In this document: positions 19,146 through 29,349 of the stretch, piece after piece
How the letters are laid out: each line of letters starts with the position of its first letter
Position numbering within the stretch: the stretch's first letter is position 1
Sequence record: MF158044
DNA from: Shigella phage Sf18
Direction: 5' to 3' (one strand)
Length of the DNA: 64,000 nucleotides
Made by a program: the position numbers and the translations under genes
The notes under the pieces: generated by a model
The model's database searches: none
Told to the model about the DNA's origin: nothing
What the model saw: the letters and a program-made list of their open reading frames with translations, nothing else

Positions 19146-21129
19146 ACAGAGAAAACTGAAAGATGCTGGAACATTTGTAGGTCACTGTGCATGTCCACGC
19201 CCTCAATGTTTATCTTCAGATGCAGGTTCTATATATCGTCATGATGACGGTTCATATTCAATGACATGTTTCAGTTGTGGAAAAGGTTTTCCAGAGTGGG
19301 ATTTTGATAAAGGGCAGATTGTGAGTACTCATACTTCAGGTTCAGAGAATAAAAACCGTACATTTCGTGGTATGGATTTGGATGATGTGAAAGAAAACCT
19401 AGAAGCAATGGATTTAAAAGACAGGAAGATTCCTGCAAAAGTCCTTGAGCGCCTTGGTATTAAAGTTGATATTGATGATAACGGTGATATTGATGCACAT
19501 TTCTATCCAACATACAAAAAAGATGAAGATGGTAAGTTGCAACATGTAGGTTATCGTGTTCGTCACAAATATCCAGATGACTATCACAAAGAGCACTTAC
19601 GTGGGAAGTTGAAAGACTTTTCTGGTGGTGTTGGAGATATTAAAGGTGAACTGGCTATGTTCGGTTCATGGATTGCTCCAGAAGGTGGTAACCGTCTTTT
19701 CATCTGGGAAGGTGAGATGGAATGTGCTACAGCAATCTACATGACTTCTTTAGCAATTAAAGATAAGTCTAGACGTAAGAATTACTGCCACGTTTCTGTA
19801 CCATCTGGTGCTAATGTTAAGTCTATCAAAGAGAACTATCAGTATATTACTTCCTTTGATGAAATCTACCTGTGCTTTGATAATGATGAAGCAGGGGCTA
19901 AAGCAACTAAGGAAGCTGCTGGTATCTTACCTATTGAGAAAGTAAGACTGTTCCAGTATCCTGAAGGTATTAAAGACCTTAGTGAGTGGTGGACTAAGTT
20001 CTTCAAAGACAAAGATACAGTCTTAGAAGGATTTAAACAACGAATCTACAATGCACCTCGTTACTGTCCTGCTGGTATCAAGAACTTTGCAGATGGTTTC
20101 GATGCTATGAAGAATCGTGGTCAGATTCCTTTAATTCCTTTCCCAGATTCTTTCGGGGATTTGAATAAGCTGACTTATGGCGGGTATGGTTTAGGTGAGA
20201 TTACAACCCTTGCTGCACCTTCATCTGTAGGTAAATCTGCATATACTCGTGAGATGATTTACAAAGCATGGAAAGATACTGAGTACAACATCGGTGTGAT
20301 TCCTGTAGAGGATACTTACGAAGAACTTATGGAAATGCTCTGTGCAATCCATCTTAGTAAGCAGATTTCAGAGATTCCTTACGATGAGCGTAATTGGGAT
20401 GAGATTAAGGTTGCACATGCTGAGTTATCAAAAGGTCGTCGTATTCACATCGTAGACCACCAAGGGGCAATTGACCAAGATAACCTGCTGGAGTTTGTTG
20501 ACTATCTGGTTAACAGCCTTGATTGTAAGATTATCATTCTTGACCCTATTACATTGGCGCTGTCACGCTCTGATACAGATGAAGAAGAAGTTCTGTCTGA
20601 GTTACTTCGTCGCTGTAAGCGTTATCAGTATGCTCAGGTAAACGTGTGTCACGTTCGTAAGAGTGCAGGTGGTCAAAAGGCCAACTCTGAAGGTGGTGAT
20701 ATTTCTGAAGAAGATATCAAGGGTTCTGGTGCATACTTCCAGATTTCCATGAACAACATTTTGCTTATGCGTAACAAGGTTGACCCAGACCCTGTTAAAA
20801 AGAACTTGACAAAAATCAAGTTAACAAAATGTCGTCGTCATGGTAAATCAACTGGTATTGCTGGTCACACTTGGTATAATCCAGATACAGGTCGTCTTGT
20901 AAAGGCTGCTGGATGTGGTGTTGATATTGATGGTGCAGCAGAGAATATTCGTCAGCAGTTTGGTATTGGTGAGGCTGAAGACCATTACGATGACTCTATG
21001 CCACACTATGAAGATGTTGATTTTGACCGTGAATCTGGAGAGATTTACACACAAGAACAACGTGAAAGTTCCACCATTCCACCTGTGATTAACGAGGATA
21101 ATGATGACTGTCCGTTCGAAACTGATTGA
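19138..21129 (+). CDS. bifunctional DNA primase/helicase (T7 gp4-like)
   Basis: 663 aa; N-terminal Cys4 zinc finger (CACPRPQC...CFSCG), TOPRIM acidic motif (FDNDEAG), DnaB-family Walker A (APSSVGKS). Confidence 0.85.
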   Translation: MAKQRKLKDAGTFVGHCACPRPQCLSSDAGSIYRHDDGSYSMTCFSCGKGFPEWDFDKGQIVSTHTSGSENKNRTFRGMDLDDVKENLEAMDLKDRKIPAKVLERLGIKVDIDDNGDIDAHFYPTYKKDEDGKLQHVGYRVRHKYPDDYHKEHLRGKLKDFSGGVGDIKGELAMFGSWIAPEGGNRLFIWEGEMECATAIYMTSLAIKDKSRRKNYCHVSVPSGANVKSIKENYQYITSFDEIYLCFDNDEAGAKATKEAAGILPIEKVRLFQYPEGIKDLSEWWTKFFKDKDTVLEGFKQRIYNAPRYCPAGIKNFADGFDAMKNRGQIPLIPFPDSFGDLNKLTYGGYGLGEITTLAAPSSVGKSAYTREMIYKAWKDTEYNIGVIPVEDTYEELMEMLCAIHLSKQISEIPYDERNWDEIKVAHAELSKGRRIHIVDHQGAIDQDNLLEFVDYLVNSLDCKIIILDPITLALSRSDTDEEEVLSELLRRCKRYQYAQVNVCHVRKSAGGQKANSEGGDISEEDIKGSGAYFQISMNNILLMRNKVDPDPVKKNLTKIKLTKCRRHGKSTGIAGHTWYNPDTGRLVKAAGCGVDIDGAAENIRQQFGIGEAEDHYDDSMPHYEDVDFDRESGEIYTQEQRESSTIPPVINEDNDDCPFETD

Positions 21130-21382
21130 TAGTTATCTGAAGGAGGGTTTTGAACCCTTCTATTCAGAAGAAAGTAGAAAAAATTTTGTAAAAGAGTGCT
21201 TGACTAAGATAGAGCAGTTCGGTAAAGTACTCATCAACAAGGGACATGAAGTAAAGTTTGAACACTTATCAAAAGATAATGTTGAGCAGTTTGCATTAGC
21301 GATTGATGGTTTATCTACAGTTTACATCTTTACCTTGACTAATAAACATTTTGAATATGAAATATATCGGAGAGATTCATGA
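21101..21382 (+). CDS. hypothetical protein
   Basis: 93-aa ORF overlapping primase-helicase 3' end. Confidence 0.3.
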   Translation: MMTVRSKLIDSYLKEGFEPFYSEESRKNFVKECLTKIEQFGKVLINKGHEVKFEHLSKDNVEQFALAIDGLSTVYIFTLTNKHFEYEIYRRDS

Positions 21383-21516
21383 AACATTCTAAAGCATTCG
21401 AGAAAGTATTTGGCGATTCCATGAGAGCAACCACTGGTCACTCTGCTGAGTACTATGTACAGAAGCGAGTTCGTACAGGTAAGACGGCTCGTAAAGCAGC
21501 TAAGAAATCTGCTTAA
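21379..21516 (+). CDS. small basic protein (below 60-aa track cut-off)
   Basis: 45-aa ORF found by eye, ATGA-coupled to upstream ORF, SD GGAGAG; Lys/Arg-rich C-terminus. Confidence 0.25.
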   Translation: MKHSKAFEKVFGDSMRATTGHSAEYYVQKRVRTGKTARKAAKKSA

Positions 21517-21601
21517 AGTGTTTGACAAGGGAGTACGAAGTCTGTAAGATTGTACTCCTTGATAGTTGAGTTGAAAGTTAATTTGAGAAAGAGGTATTAA
21601 A

Positions 21602-22462
21602 ATGTCTAAAGTTGTTAAAATGAAAGCTCCGGTAGAGAAGTACAATGGTCAAGAACGTGAGACTCTTCGTTACCTGCTGAAAGATGTTTGGTTCTATTAC
21701 CTGAACACTATTCCACGTCCTCAAAAGGGTAAATCTGTGGATAAGCATTTTCCGGGCAAAGATTGTAACTACAGCGTTTCAATTCTGGCAAAAGATGGTA
21801 ACAAGCTCTTTAAAGAGTTCACCAAGTCTAAAAAGAGTCCTGAAGGTTGGGATAAAGTTACTACAGAGGCTGTTGATGCAGACGACTTCGAAGAGAAGTT
21901 TGGTTGTGAGCCTCCGTTTGAAGCTGACACCTATCACATCCTGAAGGTTAGCCGTTCAGCAGCATATAAAGACGGTGCTGTGTGGTCAGCAAAACAGAGT
22001 TTCCCTGTAATGCTGGTTGAAGAAATCAATGGTAAGCGTGTTGCAGTTAAGCAGCCTATGAAGAAAATCAAGGCAGCAAAATCTGATAAGCACGATGATG
22101 ATAAGACTTACGATGTAATTCATCCAGATATTGCAGTTGGTAACGGCTCATTTGGTAGTGTGATTCTGGCGACTCACTTCTACACATTTGAAGGTAACGT
22201 TCTGACCAAGCCAATTCAGGAACAATTTATCATTGATACTCTGGTTCCTTACACTGGTGGTACTGGTGGTGCTACTGAAACTGAACTGGATGAAGATGAA
22301 CTGGCAATGCTTGGTCTTGCAGGTGTTGAAGACAACGGTGAAATCACTGAAGAAGATGCAAAAGATTCTGGTGATGAAGGTAAAGGTGGTGATGACGATG
22401 ACGACGACCTGCCAAACCCAGATGATGACGACGAAGATGATTTCGAAACTGACGACGAGTAA
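21602..22462 (+). CDS. single-stranded DNA-binding protein (T7 gp2.5-like)
   Basis: 286 aa; strongly acidic C-terminal tail (DDDDDDLPNPDDDDEDDFETDDE); sits between primase-helicase and exonuclease. Confidence 0.5.
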   Translation: MSKVVKMKAPVEKYNGQERETLRYLLKDVWFYYLNTIPRPQKGKSVDKHFPGKDCNYSVSILAKDGNKLFKEFTKSKKSPEGWDKVTTEAVDADDFEEKFGCEPPFEADTYHILKVSRSAAYKDGAVWSAKQSFPVMLVEEINGKRVAVKQPMKKIKAAKSDKHDDDKTYDVIHPDIAVGNGSFGSVILATHFYTFEGNVLTKPIQEQFIIDTLVPYTGGTGGATETELDEDELAMLGLAGVEDNGEITEEDAKDSGDEGKGGDDDDDDLPNPDDDDEDDFETDDE

Positions 22463-22479
22463 TAGTCAGTAACTACTAC

Positions 22480-22510
22480 AAAGCCCTGTACAGACGTATG
22501 GGGCTTTTTC
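22480..22510 (+). terminator. possible terminator/attenuator hairpin
   Basis: AAAGCCC-loop-GGGCTTT followed by T-run, downstream of the SSB gene; loop is long so efficiency uncertain. Confidence 0.3.
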
Positions 22511-22524
22511 GTATGGAGAGTACA

Positions 22525-23565
22525 ATGGAACAATACACCTTAACAAAGCTCCCAGAGAGCGTTACACACGTCTTTATTGACTCTGATAGCATTGCTTACA
22601 AAGGTGCTTGTGTAGTTGAAAAAGCAAAGTACAAGTATGTGAATAAAATCACTGCTGAAGAATCCGATGCTTTTGATAGTGCAAAACTGGCAGCACAATG
22701 GTTGTCTGACCAAAGAGTTTTAACTGAAGAGTTAGGACTTGACTTTGATGAAGATGAATGGGAAAGACAGACTTGGAAGGAGGCTAAGAGTGAAGCTGAA
22801 GCAATTATGGCTACACAGCAAGTTCTTCAGGAGTGGTTGAAAGTCGTTGGTAAAGAACGCAAATGGATGGGTTACCTTACTGAGAAAGGTGTTCACAAAC
22901 ACAAGGATATCAAAGGTCTTGAACACCAATATCAAGGTAACAGAAAAGAAGCTGTAACACCTACACACCTAGTTGCTTGTCGTGAGTATCTTCTGTCACG
23001 ACCAGAGTTTAAGCTCCTAAAGGGGGGCTTCGAAGCAGACTCTATCGTTATTGCAAAAGCTGAGAAGATGGGTAAAAAAGCTGCTCTGATGAGTATTGAT
23101 AAAGACCTTCGTCAAGCTGAAGGAACTTACTGTATTGATATGACTTATGAGAAAGCTCCATTAATTTTCATTGCAGATAATAACGTTGGTGAGATTTGGG
23201 ATTGCCCTATCAAATCTAAACCGAAAGCTAAGAAGACAGTCGGAGTAGGTTTTAAATTCCTCTGCTATCAAGTTGTAGCAGGTGATAATGCAGACAACTA
23301 CTTCGGTTTAAAAGGTGCTGGTAAGGTTGCGGTGATGAATGCACTGGAAGGTAAAACTACCTACAAAGAGTGCTTAGACGCAATCTATGAACTTTATGCT
23401 AAGAAAGAATCTTACACTTATGAATCGTGGGATGGTCAGATTGTGACAAGAACTCCACTAGAACTGATGGAGCAACACTTCTGGATTGCTTATCAAGAAC
23501 GAAATCCTAAAGATGATTTTACGTTTAAAAAATACAATTGGGAGCCAGTTATGAATGAAGATTAA
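22525..23565 (+). CDS. 5'-3' exonuclease / flap endonuclease
   Basis: Start at Met preceded by GGAGAG; acidic cluster FIDSDSIAY near N-terminus and H3TH-like segment GDNADNYFGLKGAGKVAV. Confidence 0.55.
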   Translation: MEQYTLTKLPESVTHVFIDSDSIAYKGACVVEKAKYKYVNKITAEESDAFDSAKLAAQWLSDQRVLTEELGLDFDEDEWERQTWKEAKSEAEAIMATQQVLQEWLKVVGKERKWMGYLTEKGVHKHKDIKGLEHQYQGNRKEAVTPTHLVACREYLLSRPEFKLLKGGFEADSIVIAKAEKMGKKAALMSIDKDLRQAEGTYCIDMTYEKAPLIFIADNNVGEIWDCPIKSKPKAKKTVGVGFKFLCYQVVAGDNADNYFGLKGAGKVAVMNALEGKTTYKECLDAIYELYAKKESYTYESWDGQIVTRTPLELMEQHFWIAYQERNPKDDFTFKKYNWEPVMNED

Positions 23566-24055
23566 AGGATTTGGAAATTGCCATGTTTATGGACATTGGA
23601 TTTCACTGTGCGGGGAAATTGACCCCGCTAACTATTTTGGTTTTGTCTATTTAGTATACTGTAAGAAAACTGGACAATATTATATTGGAAAGAAACAATT
23701 TAATAACGTCACTAAGAAAAAGGTTGCTGGAAAGACCAGACGTAAAGTCGTGACAAAAGAAAGTGATTGGATGACTTACCAAACATCTTCTGAGTACATT
23801 AAGAAGGATATTGAATCTTTTGGTGAAAAAGAGTTTGACTTCTACATCATCCAGACTTACTATACGCGAGGTGGCTTAGTTTATGGCGAAGCTAACCTAC
23901 AGCATAAGTTTGACGTCATGACAAAAAGGATTGACTCTAAGCTTCGACTCTTCTACAATGCGAACATTGCAGCAATCAAGTTTCTTACAAAAGAGACTTA
24001 TGATGAAGCTGAGAAGAGAATCACTAAAATCATGAAACTTAATGAGAGAGTTTAA
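23555..24055 (+). CDS. GIY-YIG homing endonuclease (Seg-like)
   Basis: 166 aa; GIY-YIG-like motif VYLVYCKKTGQYYIGKK, conserved Arg (GKTRRK) and Glu downstream. Confidence 0.5.
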   Translation: MKIKGFGNCHVYGHWISLCGEIDPANYFGFVYLVYCKKTGQYYIGKKQFNNVTKKKVAGKTRRKVVTKESDWMTYQTSSEYIKKDIESFGEKEFDFYIIQTYYTRGGLVYGEANLQHKFDVMTKRIDSKLRLFYNANIAAIKFLTKETYDEAEKRITKIMKLNERV

Positions 24056-24056
24056 A

Positions 24057-24272
24057 ATGTTTAATAAAATCAAAAATGACCATGTTTCTAAAATCCAGAG
24101 TGGCGTAGCAGCACTGAAGGAAACTATCAGCAAAGCTAAGTCAGCTACAGAAGCTGAGATGGATGCTCTGGAATCACAAATTCAACATCTGTTAAGCAAA
24201 CGTGTTGAACTCAAAGAACGAATGGACTATATCGAGTCTCAACAAAAGTTGTTTGAAGATAAGGAGGCTTAA
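24057..24272 (+). CDS. hypothetical coiled-coil protein
   Basis: Start moved to Met after GAGAG SD (MFNKIKN); 71 aa. Confidence 0.35.
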   Translation: MFNKIKNDHVSKIQSGVAALKETISKAKSATEAEMDALESQIQHLLSKRVELKERMDYIESQQKLFEDKEA

Positions 24273-25027
24273 TGTTTAATTCCAGAGAATCCGTAAGAAA
24301 TTGGAATCTACGTTGTGGCAATAATCCAAAAGAACCATACAGCACAGAGTATTGGGAATCACTGAAAAGCCAATCTCTGTGTATGCTTGAAGAAGCTAGA
24401 GAGTTAGTCGCAGCAGTAGAAGCCAAAGACCCTGTTGAGACCCTTGATGCTCAAGCTGATTTACAGTATGTACTTGATGGTTTAATTTTCCTGACACAAC
24501 ATGACCATGATGGTGCTATCAAGGCTGTTTGTGAAAACAACAACCTCAAATACACAGATGACTATCAAGAAGCTCTACAGCGAATGTTTGATATTGAGAA
24601 ACGTACTGGTGATGAATGTTACCTGCGTCAATCAATCATCGAAGGTAAAGAGTGGTTTGCGATTATTCGCAAGTCTGATGGTAAGATTATGAAACAGTCT
24701 AATCTTCCAAAAGTTCAACTTGAAAGTTTTATTGCAGAAGTTGACGCAAAAGAATTATTTGTGGTAACATCTGACACATGCGTTATCTGCCAAGGACTGA
24801 TTGGAAGTCTTGGTAGTCTTGGCATTAAAATCTTTTCTAAAGTTGAACCAATCTCTTCAAAAGCAGATAAAGATTTCTGCCGTGAGAATGGATTATGGCT
24901 TGCGGATATTGTGTACTATGATGGTGAGAAGTTCCATGTAACCTCATATCCGAAATTGAATTATGATGCAATCAACCTCAAGCAGTGGTTGAAAGGAGTC
25001 GGTTATAATGGATTCACAGAACATTAA
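24272..25027 (+). CDS. hypothetical protein, N-terminal MazG-like nucleotide pyrophosphohydrolase fold (tentative)
   Basis: 251 aa; segment EEARELVAAVE...DLQYVLDGLIFL...NNNLKY resembles the EExxE...D helical signature of MazG-type NTP-PPases. Confidence 0.3.
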   Translation: MFNSRESVRNWNLRCGNNPKEPYSTEYWESLKSQSLCMLEEARELVAAVEAKDPVETLDAQADLQYVLDGLIFLTQHDHDGAIKAVCENNNLKYTDDYQEALQRMFDIEKRTGDECYLRQSIIEGKEWFAIIRKSDGKIMKQSNLPKVQLESFIAEVDAKELFVVTSDTCVICQGLIGSLGSLGIKIFSKVEPISSKADKDFCRENGLWLADIVYYDGEKFHVTSYPKLNYDAINLKQWLKGVGYNGFTEH

Positions 25028-25334
25028 TAAAGGTGAAGAAGTGGTGGCAAAAAGCCACTTCTCCAACTACAACCTCTCTATGACAGTGTTTATGAATGAT
25101 TCACTGTTAGACAAGTACGGAGAGAAGCCAGAAACGATTCTGGATAATGAACAAGTGTTAGCAGCAGTGTTGTATAAGTATGGCTTAAATATTGATAAAC
25201 CGTACTCTTACGAGATTTGCCAGCACAGAAATACTTTTGGTAAAGTTGTTGTAGCCCCCCTGTTCATGGGTGTAGAGCGCACAGATGACCAGTGGATTTA
25301 CTTGAAACGAAACTTGGATAGATATCATGTCTAA
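25008..25334 (+). CDS. hypothetical protein
   Basis: 108-aa ORF. Confidence 0.35.
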   Translation: MDSQNINKGEEVVAKSHFSNYNLSMTVFMNDSLLDKYGEKPETILDNEQVLAAVLYKYGLNIDKPYSYEICQHRNTFGKVVVAPLFMGVERTDDQWIYLKRNLDRYHV

Positions 25335-25662
25335 AATTAAAAAGTTAACTAAAGAAGAAATCAAAGCTGGTGAAGAACTAGGCAATGATAAGTTTGGTGA
25401 GACATTACATCATGGTGACTTTGTAATGTACACTGAAGATTGCAAAGGTCGCAGCGATATCAAATTTGGACGAGTTGTCTGCAAAGTACGTGGTAACTTT
25501 TCAATTGCAAGACTTGAAGAAGATATTAGTGAGAAACTTGACATGGCATTCGATGAAGGTAAACGTTACTGGTACATGAATACAATGTCTAAAGGTTCAC
25601 TAACAAAAGTGTCACAGAAGTTCATTGAACTCTGGGAAAGTAAAAAGATTTTTAGCATTTAA
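25327..25662 (+). CDS. hypothetical protein
   Basis: 111-aa ORF. Confidence 0.35.
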   Translation: MSKIKKLTKEEIKAGEELGNDKFGETLHHGDFVMYTEDCKGRSDIKFGRVVCKVRGNFSIARLEEDISEKLDMAFDEGKRYWYMNTMSKGSLTKVSQKFIELWESKKIFSI

Positions 25663-25670
25663 TCTCTAAG

Positions 25671-25693
25671 GGGTCTCTTCGGAGACCCTTTTT
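25671..25693 (+). terminator. intrinsic terminator
   Basis: GGGTCTC-TTCG-GAGACCC hairpin followed by TTTTT. Confidence 0.55.
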
Positions 25694-25713
25694 CACCTGT
25701 AGGATTTAATATA

Positions 25714-27948
25714 ATGATTACTACTATTCGCAAATCAGACGGTACAATCGTACCATTCGAACCAGAACGTTTAAATAAATGGGCTTCATGGGCTGACAAG
25801 AGAGGAATTATCTGGTCAGAAGTTGTAATGGAAGCTATGAAGCGTGTCTATGAAGGTTGTACAACAAAAGAAATGCACCAAGCTATGATTGACGTTTGTA
25901 TTGATAAACAAACTCAAGAGTACTCTGATATGGCTGGGAGACTACTTCTTGGCATTATCTACAAAGAAGCTTTTGGTGGATTTACAAAGGTTCCTCAGTT
26001 ACTTCCATTTGTGATGAAGATGGAGCAGATGGGGCTTTGGGAACACATGGATTACACACCTGAAGAGATTGACTACTTACAAGGTCACATCGTACATTCG
26101 AAAGATATCTCTTATGGGTATGCAGTGCTGAAGCAGTTCCGTGATAAGTATGGAATCCGTGACATTAAAAGTGGTAAGCTGTTTGAGTCTCCACAGTTTA
26201 TGTTCATGGGTATGGCTATGAAAGCCTTTGAAAGACAGCCTAAACAGCGTCGTTTAGATGATGTTATTAAGCTCTACACATATCTATCTGACCTGAAGAT
26301 TAATGCCCCTACACCGTATCTGAATGGTCTGAGAGCTACAAAATCTGGCTACGCTTCATGCTGCCTAATTAAAGCAAATGATACTGCTGAATCTCTTGGC
26401 ATTGCTACAAAAGTAGCTTATGACATGACAACTAAGCAAGCAGGTATTGGTATGCTGATGGAGACCAGAACAATTGGTGATGGAATCCGACAAAACACTA
26501 TTGAGCATATGGGAAAACTCCCTTATTATAAGCTTGTACGTGCTGCTGTAGAGGCTAATAAGCAGAAGAGTCGTGGTGGTTCAGCTAATAACTTCTTCAC
26601 TGCATTAGACCCACAGATTGAGGATTTGCTACGCTTGAAGCACCCTACAACGGTTCCTGCAAAGCGTATTAATGAAATGGATTACTCATTTGGTGCAAAT
26701 GATTACTTCTGGCAATGTGTACAGTACGATACAGATTGGTTGCTATTCTCTTACAAAGATGCACCAAGACTGTATGATATGTTCTACACAGCAAGTGCTG
26801 ATGAATTTGCTATGGCAGTAGGTCACGCAGTTCATACAGGTGTTAAACATAAACGTGTAAAGGCTCGTGAAGTTGCCAAGTTGTTTATCCAGCAACGTTA
26901 TGCTACAGGGCGTATTTACCCGTTCTTTACTAACAACGCAAACTATCATACACCTTTCAAAGAACCTTTGAAAATGTCAAACCTGTGTATGGAGATTGTC
27001 TTACCAGTTCACGGTTTTGAGGATGAAAGAGACCTGTATAGCTACACAGCCAAGAAAGAAGACGGTGAAGTTGCTCTTTGCTTCTTAGCTAGTTTGGTTG
27101 CAGGGAGAATCACAGAAGATGAATACGCTGACGTTGCTTATTATGCTCTTGCAATGGTTGACTCCGTTATTGACCTTATGGATTATCCGTATCCGTCAAT
27201 GCGTAACCATGTTCAGAAACGTCGTTCTGTTGGTATTGGTCTTACTAATGTGGCTCATTACCTTGCGAAGAACTATGTGAATTACTCATCAAGGGCTGGT
27301 AAAACTAAACTTCATGAGTTGGCTGAGATGCACTCTTACTTCTTGCATGAAGCATCTTTAAGACTCGCAAAAGAGCGTGGTGTACCAGAGTACATGCAGT
27401 TTACTAAGTACCCTGACGGTTGGGTTCCACCAAAGACTGCTAACAAGAAAATTGATGAAAAGCACGATGCAAAACTTCGTTATGATTGGGATGACCTGTC
27501 ACATCGAATTAAAGAAAATGGTGGTATTCGTAACTCTGTGTTAGAGGCTTACATGCCTAATGAGAGTTCTTCTCTGGCAACTAACACGACAAACGGCCTG
27601 TACCCTATTCGTGACTTCATCTTAACTAAGAAGTCTGCAACTGGTAACGTTCTGTTTATTGTACCTGACTATGAAGAGTTGAAGTATGTATATGAAATTG
27701 CTTGGGATATTGACACATTTGATATGATTGATTGCTATGCAATTGTTCAAAAATTCACTGGTCAAGCTATCTCTTCAGATTTCTATGTTGACTACTCGAA
27801 GTCTAAGAAGGTATCATTAGAGCAAGCTTTGAAGTACATGATTTATGCAAACCTTGTTGGTTTGAAAACTATGTACTACCTTAACAGTCGTATCGGTGTT
27901 GGTAAATCAGCACTACAAGATGCCTACTGTGAGGGTTGCGGCGTTTAG
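25714..27948 (+). CDS. nrdA: ribonucleotide reductase class Ia large subunit
   Basis: 744 aa; N-terminal ATP-cone-like region, active-site Cys blocks (NLCMEI), C-terminal redox Cys pair (CEGCGV). Confidence 0.9.
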   Translation: MITTIRKSDGTIVPFEPERLNKWASWADKRGIIWSEVVMEAMKRVYEGCTTKEMHQAMIDVCIDKQTQEYSDMAGRLLLGIIYKEAFGGFTKVPQLLPFVMKMEQMGLWEHMDYTPEEIDYLQGHIVHSKDISYGYAVLKQFRDKYGIRDIKSGKLFESPQFMFMGMAMKAFERQPKQRRLDDVIKLYTYLSDLKINAPTPYLNGLRATKSGYASCCLIKANDTAESLGIATKVAYDMTTKQAGIGMLMETRTIGDGIRQNTIEHMGKLPYYKLVRAAVEANKQKSRGGSANNFFTALDPQIEDLLRLKHPTTVPAKRINEMDYSFGANDYFWQCVQYDTDWLLFSYKDAPRLYDMFYTASADEFAMAVGHAVHTGVKHKRVKAREVAKLFIQQRYATGRIYPFFTNNANYHTPFKEPLKMSNLCMEIVLPVHGFEDERDLYSYTAKKEDGEVALCFLASLVAGRITEDEYADVAYYALAMVDSVIDLMDYPYPSMRNHVQKRRSVGIGLTNVAHYLAKNYVNYSSRAGKTKLHELAEMHSYFLHEASLRLAKERGVPEYMQFTKYPDGWVPPKTANKKIDEKHDAKLRYDWDDLSHRIKENGGIRNSVLEAYMPNESSSLATNTTNGLYPIRDFILTKKSATGNVLFIVPDYEELKYVYEIAWDIDTFDMIDCYAIVQKFTGQAISSDFYVDYSKSKKVSLEQALKYMIYANLVGLKTMYYLNSRIGVGKSALQDAYCEGCGV

Positions 27949-28003
27949 TTTGAATAACTATGAGGGTCGTAAAAGACCCTCTAAAATTAACTTGGAGAAA
28001 GGT

Positions 28004-28279
28004 ATGCTAGATTTAATTCGCAATGCGAGAATACGTAGCAAAGATAACTCACTATATTTATTTTATATTCCAAGACGGTCTTTGTATTATATTGCAGACT
28101 TAGACTTAAAAGTTAAGATGCCAGATGGTTCTTGGAAAGAACATATACGATATATTGATTGTTTTAATCCAAAGCAAACATATGCAAGACCACTTGATAT
28201 GTTCAACAAGGACAAATGGGTTGTTATGACAACAACTGAAGCCAGAAACTTTCTAGATACAGGAATCTTACCAGAATGA
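28004..28279 (+). CDS. hypothetical protein inserted between nrdA and nrdB
   Basis: Start at Met with GGAGAAAGG SD; 91 aa; position matches the nrdA-nrdB gap occupied by mobE in T4. Confidence 0.35.
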   Translation: MLDLIRNARIRSKDNSLYLFYIPRRSLYYIADLDLKVKMPDGSWKEHIRYIDCFNPKQTYARPLDMFNKDKWVVMTTTEARNFLDTGILPE

Positions 28280-29349
28280 TTAACCCACATCCAATTTTCT
28301 TAGGCGGTGAACGAAAAACTTTCGATTCACTGAATAAACACTATCCAAAAATCTTTGAACTGTATAAGCAGCAGAAAGCACAAGACTGGTCTGAAGATGA
28401 GTTCCCATTTGAACAGTCACGTTTAGACTTTGAGAGTGTCCCTCAGTCAATGTCTGGTGTAATGCTTGAGATTCTGAAATGGCAATGGGAAGCAGATACA
28501 CAGGTTGCTAAGAGTTTAGCTTTTGCCTTTGCACCATTCATCTCTGATGATATCTATGCAACTGCTATCATGAAGCAATCAGAAATTGAGAACCTTCATG
28601 CACTAACTTATTCAGAGATTGTTCGTCAGTGTATCAAGAACCCTGAAACAATCCTTGATGAGATTAACCAGAATGCTGCTGTTCAGGACAGATTGAAGAC
28701 TGTGAACAGAGCACTGGCAGAATTACTTGACGAAGGTATTAACTATCGTTTAAGCTATGTTCGTCAAGAGTTAATGGAGAAAGACCCTTTACACTTCCAC
28801 AAAGTAATCTTGAAAGGTCTCTTTGCAGTAACAGCACTTGAGGGTATTTCCTTCATGGCATCCTTTGCATGTACCTTTGCACTTGATGCACAAGATAAAT
28901 TCCAAGGGATTGCACAAGCAGTACAGAAAATTATGCTTGACGAAATCATTCACACAAAGATTGATATCGAAGCATTAAAAGAAACTTTGAAAGATGAAGA
29001 GTGGCAAGAAGCTTTCCGTCAAGTACTCCCAGAAATTAAAGTAATTCTGGATGAAGTAGTTGAAAGTGAAGAGAAATGGTCTTATTATATCTTCTCTGAA
29101 GGACGTGCTGTTGTAGGTTTGAATACAAAACTTCTTCACGAATGGGTTTACTACAACGCTGCTCCATTGTATGATATGTTTGGTATTCCAAGAGACTTTG
29201 TAGCTCCTAAAGAACCACCTTTGAAATATATGATTAAGAAGATGGAAATTGATAAAGAGCAAAACGCTAACCAAGAACAACAAAATGGTGCGTACCTTTT
29301 GAATACTGTTGTTGATGATTTAAATTCAGGATTTTTAGAGGTTCCTTAA
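28276..29349 (+). CDS. nrdB: ribonucleotide reductase class Ia small subunit
   Basis: 357 aa; ferritin-like fold with E/H di-iron ligand blocks (EIENLHALTYSEI; LDEIIHTK). Confidence 0.85.
   Translation: MINPHPIFLGGERKTFDSLNKHYPKIFELYKQQKAQDWSEDEFPFEQSRLDFESVPQSMSGVMLEILKWQWEADTQVAKSLAFAFAPFISDDIYATAIMKQSEIENLHALTYSEIVRQCIKNPETILDEINQNAAVQDRLKTVNRALAELLDEGINYRLSYVRQELMEKDPLHFHKVILKGLFAVTALEGISFMASFACTFALDAQDKFQGIAQAVQKIMLDEIIHTKIDIEALKETLKDEEWQEAFRQVLPEIKVILDEVVESEEKWSYYIFSEGRAVVGLNTKLLHEWVYYNAAPLYDMFGIPRDFVAPKEPPLKYMIKKMEIDKEQNANQEQQNGAYLLNTVVDDLNSGFLEVP

Noticed and set aside
22233-22533. ORFs 22233-22472 and 22249-22533 overlapping the 3' end of the SSB-like gene
   Set aside because: They are alternative-frame or antisense readings of the low-complexity GAT/GAC-rich segment encoding the acidic C-terminal tail; translations are low-complexity (Ser/Val runs) with no start context.
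27948-28005. Hairpin GAGGGTCGTAAAAGACCCTC after nrdA as an intrinsic terminator
   Set aside because: Stable stem but no downstream T-run, and nrdB must be co-expressed; more likely an RNA stability or processing element or incidental.
28004-28279. Calling the nrdA-nrdB intervening ORF a homing endonuclease
   Set aside because: Position matches mobE in T4, but the 91-aa product shows no HNH, GIY-YIG or LAGLIDADG signature by eye; kept as hypothetical.
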